A stretch of 64,000 nt of DNA from Octopus sinensis. Its lineage: Eukaryota. Location: the NCBI RefSeq assembly GCF_006345805.1, contig NC_043001.1, positions 76,012,001 through 76,076,000 on the forward strand, in the 5' to 3' direction. The position numbers and the translations under genes were made by a program. The notes under the pieces were generated by a model that saw only the letters and a program-made list of their open reading frames with translations, ran no database searches and had not been told where the DNA came from. Shown in pieces: positions 28,530 to 40,760 of this stretch; position 1 is the stretch's first letter, and each line of letters starts with the position of its first letter.

Positions 28530-29020
28530 ATGACAATACGCACCTCTGCCAAAGTACATCATCCACGTTTAAAGCTTTCGACATTCACACCAAGGCGGGA
28601 AGTGGATATCACGACACTTACAGATAAAAAGCTGGAGCTAGGGAAGGCCTCGGCATCCAACTGGTCGATTCGAGACTATCTCCGCGTAAACACCTGTCAA
28701 CAGGTGGTCACTCGCAGAACAGCGGCCCCGTTTATTGTCGAACTTCCCTATTCGCAACGCGATCAGGTGTCTGCGTATATACGTGGCGTACCAGACAAGG
28801 TATTCCAAATGCTACAACTATTACATTGTTAGCACGATTCGACCACTCCACGTTCGACTGCAGATATACCTGACTACCAACGCGTCTACCTTTCGCAAAC
28901 ACTTAACCAAATGCGGCAACACCACCAAAGAGATAGACTGGCCTCGGAGAGGAACACAGAAGATCTCCGTATTAAAGAACCTTTGCTGTTTCACAGACAT
29001 AACCCCAAAATCAATAGTCG
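28530..29020 (+). mobile_element. PLE GIY-YIG endonuclease fossil
   Basis: VAYQTRYSKCYNYYIVSTIRPLHVRL (cf. VVY.I.C..C...YIG.T.R.L..R) and PKINSRWEL ORF end. Confidence 0.6.
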
Positions 29021-29559
29021 ATGGGAGTTGGGCCGGTGGCTCCTGTGAATAGTCTCCCAAACACTCACTGCGTCACTGCGGCCACAACCAACACCCTCAT
29101 CACTACGACGGTGATTAGCGCTATTTCCTATCAGCACCATATTCGCCGCCACCACACCTTCCATACCACTATACCTGCCGCGATGAGAAGCGTTTATTAT
29201 TGTTGATCGTTATCAACCACTTTGATACTACTGTTACAAGAATATACTCCACTAACGTCAAGTTACAGCTGGTCATCACCGCAAACACCGCTGCCAGCGC
29301 CATTGTCCCCAACGTGATTTCTATGACACTATCAACACCAACATTTGGAAATCTGCTGCGGCTAACTCAAACACTGGACCATACAAAATGGTAGGATCTA
29401 CGTAAATACACATTTCTTTGACTGTATTTTCTTGAAGGGGGGGGGGCTTCGTACCCGAAATATGAACGTTTTTTTTTAAACTTTCTGCATTGATAGTAGC
29501 TTTCCTTATTTCTAATTGCATCCATTTTTCTACTTACTTATGTGTGTGTGTGTGTAAAT

Positions 29560-29745
29560 GTATGTATGTATATGTGTATGTCTGCGTGTCCTTGTGTGTC
29601 CCCTTAACGTAGCAGCTCGGCCAAAGAACCGATAAAATATGTAGACTTAAAAGAAATTTGTATGGGTTTCATTTATTCGACTAAACCCCTTCAAGGCGGT
29701 GCTCCAGCATGACCACAGTCGAGTGAAGCAAGTAAAAGATATAAT
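29560..29745 (+). mobile_element. SINE family B, 3' tail
   Basis: cttcaaggcggtgctccagcatgaccacagtc motif. Confidence 0.7.
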
Positions 29746-30951
29746 ATACTCTCAATTATTTTATTAAACCATGGTGTTGGCAGAATCGGTATTTAATTAC
29801 GTCACATAAGGTTTTGAGTTAAAGTTTTATTGTGGTCTGTTTCGAATTTCAATCTTGTGAAGAGGATAAAATTGAGCATTGATGTCTATGTTTGTGTGAT
29901 GCATTATAGATGTGAATGGAATAATAATACAAAACTTGAATAACGGTGCTTCACTTCTTTACTGTAATAGAGTTTCACTGATTCCATTAACCGTATCCTC
30001 TTTCTTACAGAAATTACTTTTGTCGTTATAAAAATCAGAATTATTTCGAAATATTCCGAGAGTCATGTGAGGGGGAAACATAAAACAGTGAATTCAACAG
30101 CCTTGCCGCATTTAATTATGAACCTTTACGTTTTTTTTCAAATTTCTACTGGAGCAGAATTTGCCCTTCCTACTTTCCGGGTAGGAAAATTTAAAATAAA
30201 AATACAATGGAAGTACAGGATCAATCCAATTGGCTACATACTCCCACACATTTTGGGCGTTCTGTTCATGTTCATAAACCATCATTTCTACATGTTAACG
30301 AGATGTTACTTGCTTTCTCGACTTGCTAGAAATAGCAACCACATTTCCCTCAATTACAGCCTTTCATATGAAAAAAATTGACTAATTTTAAGACATCTGA
30401 TAGTCGATAGCTGTAAAATACAAATGGACACGGTTGAATGCCATTGAACATAATTCTGTCCAACCAGTGTGAAAATATACCTAGAAACTACAACGAACCA
30501 ATACATCGGTATTTTAGCAATTATAATTTCAAATATTTTCTAAATTCAATTAGAATCTCTCTAGAATTCCACGAATCTATTTAAGGTTAGATCTTGATGG
30601 CCAACTAATTTAGAGGAGAATCCCAAAGAATGCTAGTCTTTCTTGAAAGTATGAACAATCCGTTAAAGATTATAACGAGATTAACACAGTTCATTGCATT
30701 CTTCTTGTCTTTGAGGCTACAACATGGATATATTCTGGGACAACAAAAATGGCGCCATACTTAATCAAGACGTCTGAAAAAGACGTGATAATTAAATGAA
30801 GATAGAGCCAATCAGACATCAAGCGTAGTCTTCTCTTATGAAAGAAATGTTTAAATTGGACCAGTATGTCAATTGACAAATTGCTTTGAAACAACAAAGC
30901 TAATAGCTTTAATCCTAAACTAGAAAATTGTAGGCAATATTTAGATATTGA

Positions 30952-31396
30952 TAAGGCGGTGAGCTAGCAGAATCGTTGGCACGCCAGGCAAAATGCTTAG
31001 CGGCATTTCTTCCGTCTTTACGTTCTTCAACTTCTCCCGAGGTCTATTTTGCCTTTCATCTTTTCGGAGTCGATAAAATAAGTACCAGTTGAACACTGGG
31101 TTCAATGCAATCGACTTAACCCCCGCCCTCGAAATTACTGGCCTTGTGCTAAAATTTGAAACTAATATTTAAATATTGTTAAGGCGGCTAGCTAACAGAA
31201 TCGTTGAGCTCACCGGGCTAAATACTTAGCAAGCATTTCGCTCATCTTTATGTCCTATGTTGAAATGCTGCCGGTATCGACTTTGCTTTTCATCCTGTTG
31301 GTATCGATAAAATAATTTCTAGTTGAGCACTGGGGTCGATTTAATCGACCTAGCTCCTCCCCTGAGATTACTGACCTTGTGTCAATATTTGAAACT
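30952..31396 (+). mobile_element. Two diverged SINE family A copies in tandem, separated and flanked by a 16-bp repeat
   Basis: aatattta(g/a)atattg(a/t) at 30936, 31164 and 31397. Confidence 0.8.
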
Positions 31397-31595
31397 AATA
31401 TTTAGATATTGACTAACATTTAGATATATAAAGATTCAGGGTAGAGAATGGGTAAGGGCGGTGGATTATCAGCCATCATCAGAATTGCGGAGAAAATAAT
31501 TTACAGTATTGAGTGCGAGATCGTCTTTAATTTTCAATTCCTCAGGAACAATAAAAAGGATAATGCCCCTAACCGATTCCTATAGACCAATAGGA

Positions 31596-31757
31596 CCAGT
31601 TTTCCGGTTTCTGCTGCGTATATATTTCCACTTAAACTGGATTCCTGTCCGTCGCAGGATTACTCATTTTTGCCAAATGAGTGGACTGGAACAATGGAAA
31701 CCACCGTCTTATGATCTTGAGTCCAATACAAGCCTAACCACTAAAAACACGTGCCTC
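31596..31757 (-). mobile_element. SINE family C, internally deleted
   Basis: actcatttttgcca..gagtggactgga motif. Confidence 0.6.
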
Positions 31758-33199
31758 TCTTCTCAGGAGAACAATAGATAAAAATAACAAAATCGTCATC
31801 TGTGTATCAAACTAAATGTATACTCACAGATAGGAAGTATTGTGCTACAGAATTATCTGAAATAAAATATCATTGACTAGTTGTGGTTAAGACACAATAT
31901 ATATTGGAGCGAGATGAACATCATCTCTACAACGACTCACAAGAACGACAAATGCGTTTTGCCTTAGTTGAAGTTTGCCAGCGCTATGCACTCGATTATC
32001 ATCAGTTCAAGAAAATCTGTGCTTCGATATATTGAAAACAATGAATAAAATAGTCAATGGTAATTGCGGAAGTTTTCCGGGCTGCAGATAATTGGGAGTA
32101 CACAAATGAAACAGCATTGAATTAAAATCGCCATTTATGTATCACACTAAATGTATGCACAGCGTTTGAAGGCATGATGTAGTAGAATTGTGTTAATGTA
32201 CAATGTATATCAGATCGAAACAAACATCGCCATTTGCACGAATCAAAAGCAAGATGTACATATTCTTTCTTATTACCTGGCTGATTCGAACTTGTATATG
32301 CAAATCGCTGTTATATTCTGCCTACGAAAAGCAAAGTTCACAATACACACGATTCATTATGGTAAGGAAGCTTTAAGACACTGCTGTGCTTTGACTTGTT
32401 TTTTTTTTTCTCTTCAGTCAAAGATACCCCCGGATCCATTAGCAAAACAAGATTTGTAACTCTTTTTTCATAGAAATCAACACTGACCAACATGTTCATT
32501 CCTAATATGATAATCTTTGTTATATTTAATACAAATACTGAAATAGATCTAATCGACAGTAGATTCCTCCAAAAGTGGCGTTGTTTCGCTGTTAAAAGTC
32601 AATTCTTGGATAAATATCAATACTTGGATAAAAAGTCAATACTTGGATAAAAATTTCTCTGCAAACAAATTGGCTTGCATACTTGAGCGACAAACATCAT
32701 GTTTAATATTGTTAGCTATAATGGGGATGCTGAGAGTAGTATCTTCAGAGTGACAGACAAAGCTTTTCTATTATAAATCTTTATTAACTGCACGCACATG
32801 TACGTGCGCGCGATCAAACACACACACACACACACACACAAACAAACAAACCCCTCCACACATACACAGGCCCATTACGTGGTATTGAAAAGTCACAAAA
32901 ATGACGAAACATCAATCTCTATCGCTCCCGAATGAGACCTGACGCAAATTATCTCGCTTGTCTATGACTTCCAGGTGTTTTAACACCAGGCACATTAATG
33001 AGAATATATTCTCTTACGCCTATAAGCGCAGCCTACCTACGAACTAGCAAAATACATTCCTAGTGTGTATGTGTTCGATATTCCTTATATCCATCGAGCT
33101 GCTTCAAATTCATATATATCTCCCCTTGCGTGGCACTATGACCCCCTGTTAATCAATGCCTGGTGAGACAGAAACTGTATGAAAGCTCGCCGTATGTTT

Positions 33200-33450
33200 A
33201 TATATATATATATATATACACATATATATGTATTTATATATATTGAATATGTATGTGTGTCTTTTCTTTTGTCCCTCCACCTGTATCGCTTCACAATCAG
33301 TGTTGGTTTGTTTACGTACACGTAATGTAGCCGTTTGACAAAAGATACAGATAGAATAAGTAACATGCTTAGAAATACGTATTGGGGTCACCTTGCTCGA
33401 CTAAACACTTGAAGGTGGTGCCCTATCATGGCCGCAGTCCTTTGAGTAAA
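33200..33450 (+). mobile_element. SINE family B, 3' tail
   Basis: ggtttgtttacgt..cttgaaggtggtgccctatcatggccgcagtc. Confidence 0.65.
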
Positions 33451-33463
33451 ACAATATATATAT

Positions 33464-33505
<42 letters not shown>

Positions 33506-33841
33506 TGACGGAAGTTACTGGGAAAAACAATAAGTATTTGCAAACAGGTCTCCCTTCATCGAAAACCGGTGATTGCCGTACGTTGACAAGAGGCAAATAC
33601 CTCGAATCTGCAGTCCGTGCGTATCACTTAGGTTTACGAGAGAGGAATGACCTCCCTTTGCAAATACCATAAGGGCACAGAAAGTGTGCCTAAAGCCAGC
33701 TGGAGACGATGATCTCCTGGGGCTAAAAGCTACAGTAACACCCACCCTTAGTGGTTAGCCATATTGAGATGGCTAGTCTACTTTACGTTGTCGAGCGGTT
33801 ACTGTTTACATCTCGTTCAGAGATTTATTATTGCTTGCAGA

Positions 33842-33883
<42 letters not shown>

Positions 33884-33885
<2 letters not shown>

Positions 33886-34741
33886 AAATGAGGGTGAAAA
33901 ATTTGATATTAATTTAATAATACCATCTATTTAACACCAAGTGGCTTAGCACAAAAAAACCAGGGATACAATACAAATTTATACATAAATATGAGAGAGC
34001 GACCATTATGTGGTCTACTCTTGTGCTAAAAATAGATCCACTATGGTATAGCCACTAAAAAATTGTTTCCAAGAAGAAATAACATAACATTTAACGTGGG
34101 GCAAGTGAAAAATAACGAAAAAATAGATTAACCCTGAACAATTGTTTCATTATTAAAGTAAATGCAATTTTACTTACACAACATCCATAAATCATCAGCA
34201 GGAGTTTGTCTTAAATACAATTTATTAAATCGCTCGTTATATTTCGACGCAGCGCCAAAATACACGTGCGGTTCGATCAATTGCATTAGTAGCTATGATT
34301 CAAATTCCCCCGCCAAAAGTATGATAAGACTACTGGAAACGAATACCGCATAAAATATTTACTGCAGTATAATTAAATTTATAAATGAGGGTGAAAAATT
34401 TGATATTAATTTAATAATACCATCTATTTAACACCAAGTGGCTTAGCACATAAAAAAAACAGGGATACAATACAAATTTATACATAAATATGAGAGAGCG
34501 ACCACTATGTGGTCTACTCTAGTGCTGAGGATTTATGGATGTTGTGTAAGTAAAATTGCATTTACATTAATAATGGAACAATTGTTCAGGGTTAATCTAT
34601 TTTTTCGTTATTTTTAACTTGCCCCACGTTAAATGTTATGTTATTTCTCCTTGGAAACAATTTTTTAGTGGCTATACCATAGTGGATCTATTTTTAGCAC
34701 TAGAGTAGACCACATAGTGGTCGCTCTCTCATATTTATGTA
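33884..34741 (-). mobile_element. PLE-derived non-autonomous element with partial tandem and inverted segment
   Basis: 33884-34027 is repeated directly at 34381-34526; 33982-34200 is repeated inverted at 34523-34741; carries hammerhead motifs. Confidence 0.7.
34133..34202 (-). ncRNA. Type I hammerhead ribozyme-like motif, intact core
   Basis: cctg-CUGAUGA-u.uuau[...]auaa.u-GAAAC-AAUU-GUU-cagg; stem III within palindrome AACAAUUGUU; 10.1-11.1 is a U.U mismatch. Confidence 0.65.
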
Positions 34742-34771
34742 CATATATATATATATATATATAAACTTGGA

Positions 34772-35992
34772 GAAGAGAAATAACGCGTGCGTTCGGTCAT
34801 ATAGTAATATAATAAATAAATAAAATATATGCATATATACATACATATATGTACATACTTACATCTACAAGTATATATATATGAGTACAGGACACCACAA
34901 ATAAACGTAGAATACAACGAGAGACGAGAACATAAAATCAAACAAGGAAACGGACTTTTTTTAAACAACGAAAAAACAGAGTACAGGACAAACAATACAA
35001 GGAAAATTCCCCTTCATCAGCTGTCTTTGGATCGACTCAAAGTGTGTTTCGAAGGTAAGGACAGAATACAGTCGAAGCAATCCTTCCTGCAAAAGGAATT
35101 AAATAAAATTCTTTTGCAGAGGGTAAAACAAGTGACAAAAACAGGACGTATAAGCAATACAAATGAAGAAAAAAACAATACAAATGAAGAAAAAACAGTA
35201 CAAATAAAGAAACAGGACAGGGAACATACAATAAGGGCTTTTTTTGCCTAGACGGTGGAAAAATTAGTTAGAACGTATGTGAAAAATCGGCTTACGAAGG
35301 ACAGAAGTCGATCTATACTTGTTGAAGGACGAAGCTGAAAGAAAGTTTTAGCAACCCTCTGGTCAGGAGGAGGAGGAGGAGAGAGAGAGAGAGAGAGAGA
35401 AGGGGGGAAGAAACCAGAAAGGGTGAAAAATAAGAAGGAGAGAGACAAGTAGAGAGAAAGACAGACAGGCAGGAAGGAAATTTCAAAGAGTGCGCGTCGT
35501 GATGATTCAAATAAAAACATGAAGAGAAATAACGCGTGCGTTCGGTCATATAGTAATATAATAAATAAATAAAATATATGCATATATACATACATATATG
35601 TACATACTTACATCTACATGTATATATACATGCATACATATATATATATGAGTACAGGACACCACAAATAAACGTAGAACACAACGAGAGACGAGAACAT
35701 AAAATCAAACAAGGAAACGGACATTTTTTAAACAACGAAAAAACAGAGTACAGGACAAACAATACAAGGAAAATTCCCCTTCATCAGCTGTCCCTGGTTC
35801 GACTCAAAGTGTGTTTCGAAGGTAAGGACAGAACACAGTCGAAGCAATCCTTCCTGCAAAAGGAATTAAATAAAATTCTTTTGCAGAGGGGTAAAACAAA
35901 TGACAAAAACAGGACGTAAAAGCAATACAGATGAAGAAAAAACAATACAAATGAAGAAAAAACAGTACAAATAAAGAAACAGGACAGGGAAC
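34772..35992. repeat. Partial tandem duplication (period 749 bp; 34772-35225 versus 35521-35992) of a PLE-like repeat
   Basis: Near-identical about 460-bp blocks, reflected in duplicate ORFs 34829.. and 35578.. Confidence 0.85.
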
Positions 35993-36467
35993 TGCATATA
36001 GCATTAAATTATATTATACTAATATAATATCATATATTGTATTATATTATATGATATTATATACTTATCTATCTAACTATATATATATATATAGTTTTTG
36101 TATTGAACGCAAGCACTTTCGTTGTTTAGTTTATTTCAAACGTTCTTGTTAAGGGTTTTCGGTAATAAATCCATTGTACGAATTACATTATAACACGTAT
36201 GTTTGAAAACGTGAATAGTCGAAGCTCTTAATACACAGACACACATACATACACACAGACATTCATACACACATACTACACACACATACATATGCATATA
36301 TATATATATAATATATACATACACACACACACATACATAATAACATACACATGCGAATACATATAGATAGATACATACATACATATGCATATATATACAT
36401 ACATATATACTATTCATACATACATACATATACATATACATATATATATATATATATATAATAATTA

Positions 36468-36880
36468 ATAAGGGTGAGAGAATTATATACTAATTTAATA
36501 GTATATCTATTCTACACCAAGTGGCCTAGTGCTCCGAGAAACCTGGATTATTATAATATTTTATAATATATTATAATATTTTTACAAAATAAATATAAGA
36601 GAGTGGTCACTATATGGCTCACTCTAGCACCAGTTAATCAAAAGGTTTCACCACAAAAATACATGTTTCCCATGAAAGCATACGATTGTTAGCTACACGG
36701 ACAGGGCAAATAAAAAATACATACAGATTATTTTGGGACAATTGTTTCGCTATTAATGAATAAATGTAATTTACTTACAAAAAATCCACTTGTAGCTCCT
36801 CACCAAATATCTGGATGAAATCCACTCATCACACGCCAGATTTTACCATAACGATAAATACACGTGTGGTTCAATTGATT
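36468..36880 (-). mobile_element. Diverged relative of the 33884-34380 element
   Basis: Shared landmarks in the same order: acaccaagtggc, ggtcactatatgg, acaattgtttc, aatacacgtg.ggttc. Confidence 0.7.
36732..36807 (-). ncRNA. Type I hammerhead-like motif (GUC triplet, C3 missing)
   Basis: uuugg-UGAGGA-gcua[...]uagc-GAAAC-AAUU-GUC-ccaaa. Confidence 0.6.
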
Positions 36881-36886
36881 ACATCC

Positions 36887-36949
<63 letters not shown>

Positions 36950-37189
36950 ATATATATATACACGCACATATACACACATATATATATATAAAGAGAGAGT
37001 GAGAGAAAGAAAACGAGCGAGCGAGAGAACCGGAACGCTGGTGTAGTCCTCATTTCATCTGACTAATTCAGCGCAACATCACGCTCGGTTGGTAGAAATG
37101 AAGTTGAGCATAAAAAGAGGCGAACGAAAATGCTATCTCGTTGATCCAATGTAGATCAGACATTATGCTGAGACTTTTCACGCTCACTG

Positions 37190-37470
37190 ATGATGATGAT
37201 AACGATGATGATGATGATGAGGAGGAGGAGGAGAGGAGGACGACGACGATGACGACGGCGGCGGTGGTGGTGACGACGACGATGATGATAATGATGATGA
37301 TAACGATGACGATGACGATGATGGTATGATGCTGCTGATGAAAGCGTCGATGAGAGAATGGCATCGGCGACGACGACAATGACAATGACAACGATGACAA
37401 CGATGACAACGATGATAGCAGTGATTGTGCTGGTGATGGTAGTGTTGGTACTGTGTTGTTGTTGTTGTTT
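37190..37470. repeat. Compound (GAT/GAG/GAC/GTT)n repeat
   Basis: Direct reading; explains poly-S, poly-D and poly-T ORFs. Confidence 0.9.
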
Positions 37471-37539
37471 TTCGAGCAAGTTGAAACTTCGAAGTCACCC
37501 TCAAACTTTTCTTTTTATAAGTTTATATTTATGTACTCT

Positions 37540-37845
37540 ACGACTTATTCTTTGTAAGCCTAGTACTTATTCTATAGATCTCTTTTACCGAACCACTAAG
37601 TTACGGGAACGCAAACACACCAGCATCGGATGTCAAGCGATGTTGGGGAGACAAACAAACACATACACATATATAAATATACATATATACAATGGGCTTC
37701 TTTCAGTTTCCGTTTACCAAATCCACTGACAAGGCTTTGGTCGGCCCGAGGCTATAGTAGAAGACACTTGCCACGCAATGGGACTGAACCTGGAACTATG
37801 TGGTTGGTAATCAAGCTACTTACCACACTGCCACTCCCGCGCCTA
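37540..37845 (-). mobile_element. SINE family B
   Basis: Head, core, internal microsatellite and part of the tail. Confidence 0.85.
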
Positions 37846-37875
37846 TATATAATTTCACATAAAAACATTTATGTA

Positions 37876-37992
<117 letters not shown>

Positions 37993-37997
37993 GTGTG

Positions 37998-38335
37998 TGT
38001 ATGGGTATGCGGCTTAGTGATTAGGGTAATCGGCTCACGACTGTAGGGTCATGTATTCGATTCTCGGCTGCGCGTTATGTCCTTGAGCAAAGTACTTTCT
38101 TTCACATTGCTCCAATCCGATCAGCTGGCAAACGTACGTTGTACATGTAATTTAAAGGGCCGGTCTTGTCATATTCTGTGTAATGCTTAATCTCCCTGAA
38201 AATTGCGTTAAGGATACGCGCGTCTGTGGAATGCTCAGAGACTTGCACGTTAATTTCACGAGCAGACGCTTTCGTTGGTCGGATCGACTGGAACCCTAGT
38301 CGTTGTAACCGACGAAGCGCCAGCTTTCTATGGGC
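37998..38335 (+). mobile_element. SINE with family C head and a different long 3' body
   Basis: gcggcttagtgattaggg..ccttgagcaa..tcacattgctcca..cagctggc, then a tail not seen in other C copies. Confidence 0.65.
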
Positions 38336-38474
38336 ATATACGTACATATATAAGTGTGCGTGTGTATGTGCGTATGTGTGTATCTATTTGTCTGTAAGCG
38401 CATATATATCCATACATACATACAGGCGCACACAACACACACTCACATATATATATATATATATATAAATATAA

Positions 38475-38509
<35 letters not shown>

Positions 38510-38522
38510 TGTATGTATGTAT

Positions 38523-38573
<51 letters not shown>

Positions 38574-38909
38574 CAAAGACATCAGAGACAGAAAATGGAA
38601 TTCACGATACTCTTTATTCAGAACCACTACAACCGTTTCGACCCATCATGCACCAGTACTCTACAGGTGAGATCCTATAAAAACAATTGTCATGCATCAT
38701 AGGTGCAGATGCATCTCCTCAGGTGACTTTTCAAAAAGTACCTCATTTTTTATATGTTGTTTCGCCTATTTCTATAACAACACATTTTGGTTAGCATAGC
38801 ATACTATCTGTCTCTACAGAGAACTGAGATATAATGAAGAATACTCCTCGTATAAGTAATAGAATAATGTTTACAAGGATGGGAGAATAAGGGATCAAAA
38901 AACAAGAAG

Positions 38910-39300
38910 CGTGACTATGTGGTAAGAAGCTTGGTTCCCAGTACATGGTTCCGATTTCCGTCCTAACGAGTGGTACTTCTACTGTAGCCTCGGGCCAACC
39001 AAGGCTTTGTGAGTGGATTTGGTAGACGAAAACTGAAAGTAACATACATGTATATGTATGTATATATATGTGTGTGTATGTGGGTGTGTATGTATTTATG
39101 TATATATCTATGTGTGCCTTTGTGTCTGTGTTTGTCCTCACAACAGCTTGACAACCGGTTTTGGTTTGTTTACGTCCAATAGGATAAGTACCAGGCCTAA
39201 AATAATACTGGGGCCGATTCATTTGATTAAAAAACCCTTCAAGGCTATGCCCCAACATGACCGCAGTCTAATGACTGAAACAAGTGAACAATAAAAGATA
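38910..39300 (+). mobile_element. SINE family B, full length
   Basis: Head, core, (TA/TG)n and tail ending gactgaaacaagtgaa..aaaagata. Confidence 0.85.
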
Positions 39301-40599
39301 AAACTTTTTAAAAGTTAAATAAAAGTTAATACACCCATGATAAGTTTCCGTTGAATAAAAGCATAAAATATACATACGATGTCAGTATATGTATATATTC
39401 ATATATAAATGTGTGTGTGTGATATACAGAAAATGGATATATATGTGTATATGTGCATGTATTTTTTTTCTGTTCTGGTCGTATGTATATTTTACGTTTT
39501 ATTTAATGGTGTATATACTATTAAATATAGTATATGCTACTAAAGATGATATATTTTGAATACAGTATTTGATTTAGTATATAATGTATACTCTACAGTA
39601 CGTAGTATATTTTACATATTCTATAGATGTACTATATAAGGTATATACTATAACGTGTATATACAATCAAGTTTCGTCTGAAGCATCAAGAAATTTTAAG
39701 ACAATTTTTTTTAAGATGCTCAAATACAAATATAATTGTGAATAAATATCTCGAAAAGTCCGATTACTTTTGCATGAAATTTTCTGGGTAAATGAGTGGA
39801 TAGGATGAGCGATGAGAATTGAAAATGCTTCTACTGTAAACCGAACAGCCGTCGTAAACCGTGTTTATGTCATATCGGTGGGTATAATGATGAATATTTA
39901 GAAATTATGAGAACACTTGCTGTGGTTAATAGTTAATGATGTTGATTTTGTTCTGTGATTGAAAAATAAAATAGATTCAGACAACTGTGCGAAATATTAA
40001 TTCCTCCAGCTATTCAAATAACATGATATCCTCTGGACATTTCTAAACTACTTGCCAATTTCCAGTGAGCCACTCCGAAATTAAATCTCTCCTCCTCCAC
40101 TCTTGCCCGTTCTGCTCTTCTTCCTTCTCGCCCCTTCTTTCTCTTTCTACCCCTCTCTTCTTCTTTCTTAGTCTCTCCTCTTTTTCTCTCATTGGTTTGC
40201 ACCCAAGCCAAGTCTGTGGCAAAAATCCAACACAGTTTAAACGATGAAAGAGAGCCTGAAACCTTTTCCTCTAGGTTATTGGCATATCAAGTAGTTTATA
40301 TATATATATGTTCATGGATACGCATATGTCTGTGCCTGTTTGTGTGATGCATATATATGTATATATATATATATATATATATGCACACGCATAAACACGC
40401 ACTTACACAAACAAATTTGATAATGTATATAGTTAAGTGGAGACTCACATACTTAACGTAGTGAGCGAGCCAAAAATACTTTTTAATCAATTGAAAGTAC
40501 TCTTGTAATGAAATGAAAAGCCATCCCATTATTGAAGTAACTTCAATTAAAAAATAGAAGATATACACAGTTAAAAACCGAAAGATTATCCAATCATCC

Positions 40600-40760
40600 A
40601 CGGATGATTACAACTACATCATTGGCAAACTATATATGGGATTTGAAAGACAATCAAGTATAACATCCAGTAAAGAATGTGTTAGAGGCCAAAGATATAG
40701 AGCAATGGTGTCAAGAAGTGCAGTTTTTATCTAATTGATAGGGCATGAATTCTACAAAAC
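40600..40760 (+). mobile_element. PLE C-terminal fossil
   Basis: TTSLANYIWDLKDNQ and SNGVKKCSFYL (cf. STELSKYIW.LK....SN..K.C.LC). Confidence 0.45.

Noticed and set aside
32875-32930. gtca/tgac stem followed by GAAACATC
   Set aside because: No recognisable first core half and no stem I
33500-33760. GC-richer block with short inverted gtatttgcaaa repeats
   Set aside because: Probably an interspersed repeat, but I could not assign ends, TSD or class from the sequence
34985-35055. CUGAUGA flanked by acag/GUC-cugu, and an upstream GAAAC..GUC, on the minus strand (also in the duplicate copy)
   Set aside because: As type I it lacks GAAA (reads GUAU); as type II neither stem I nor stem III pairs
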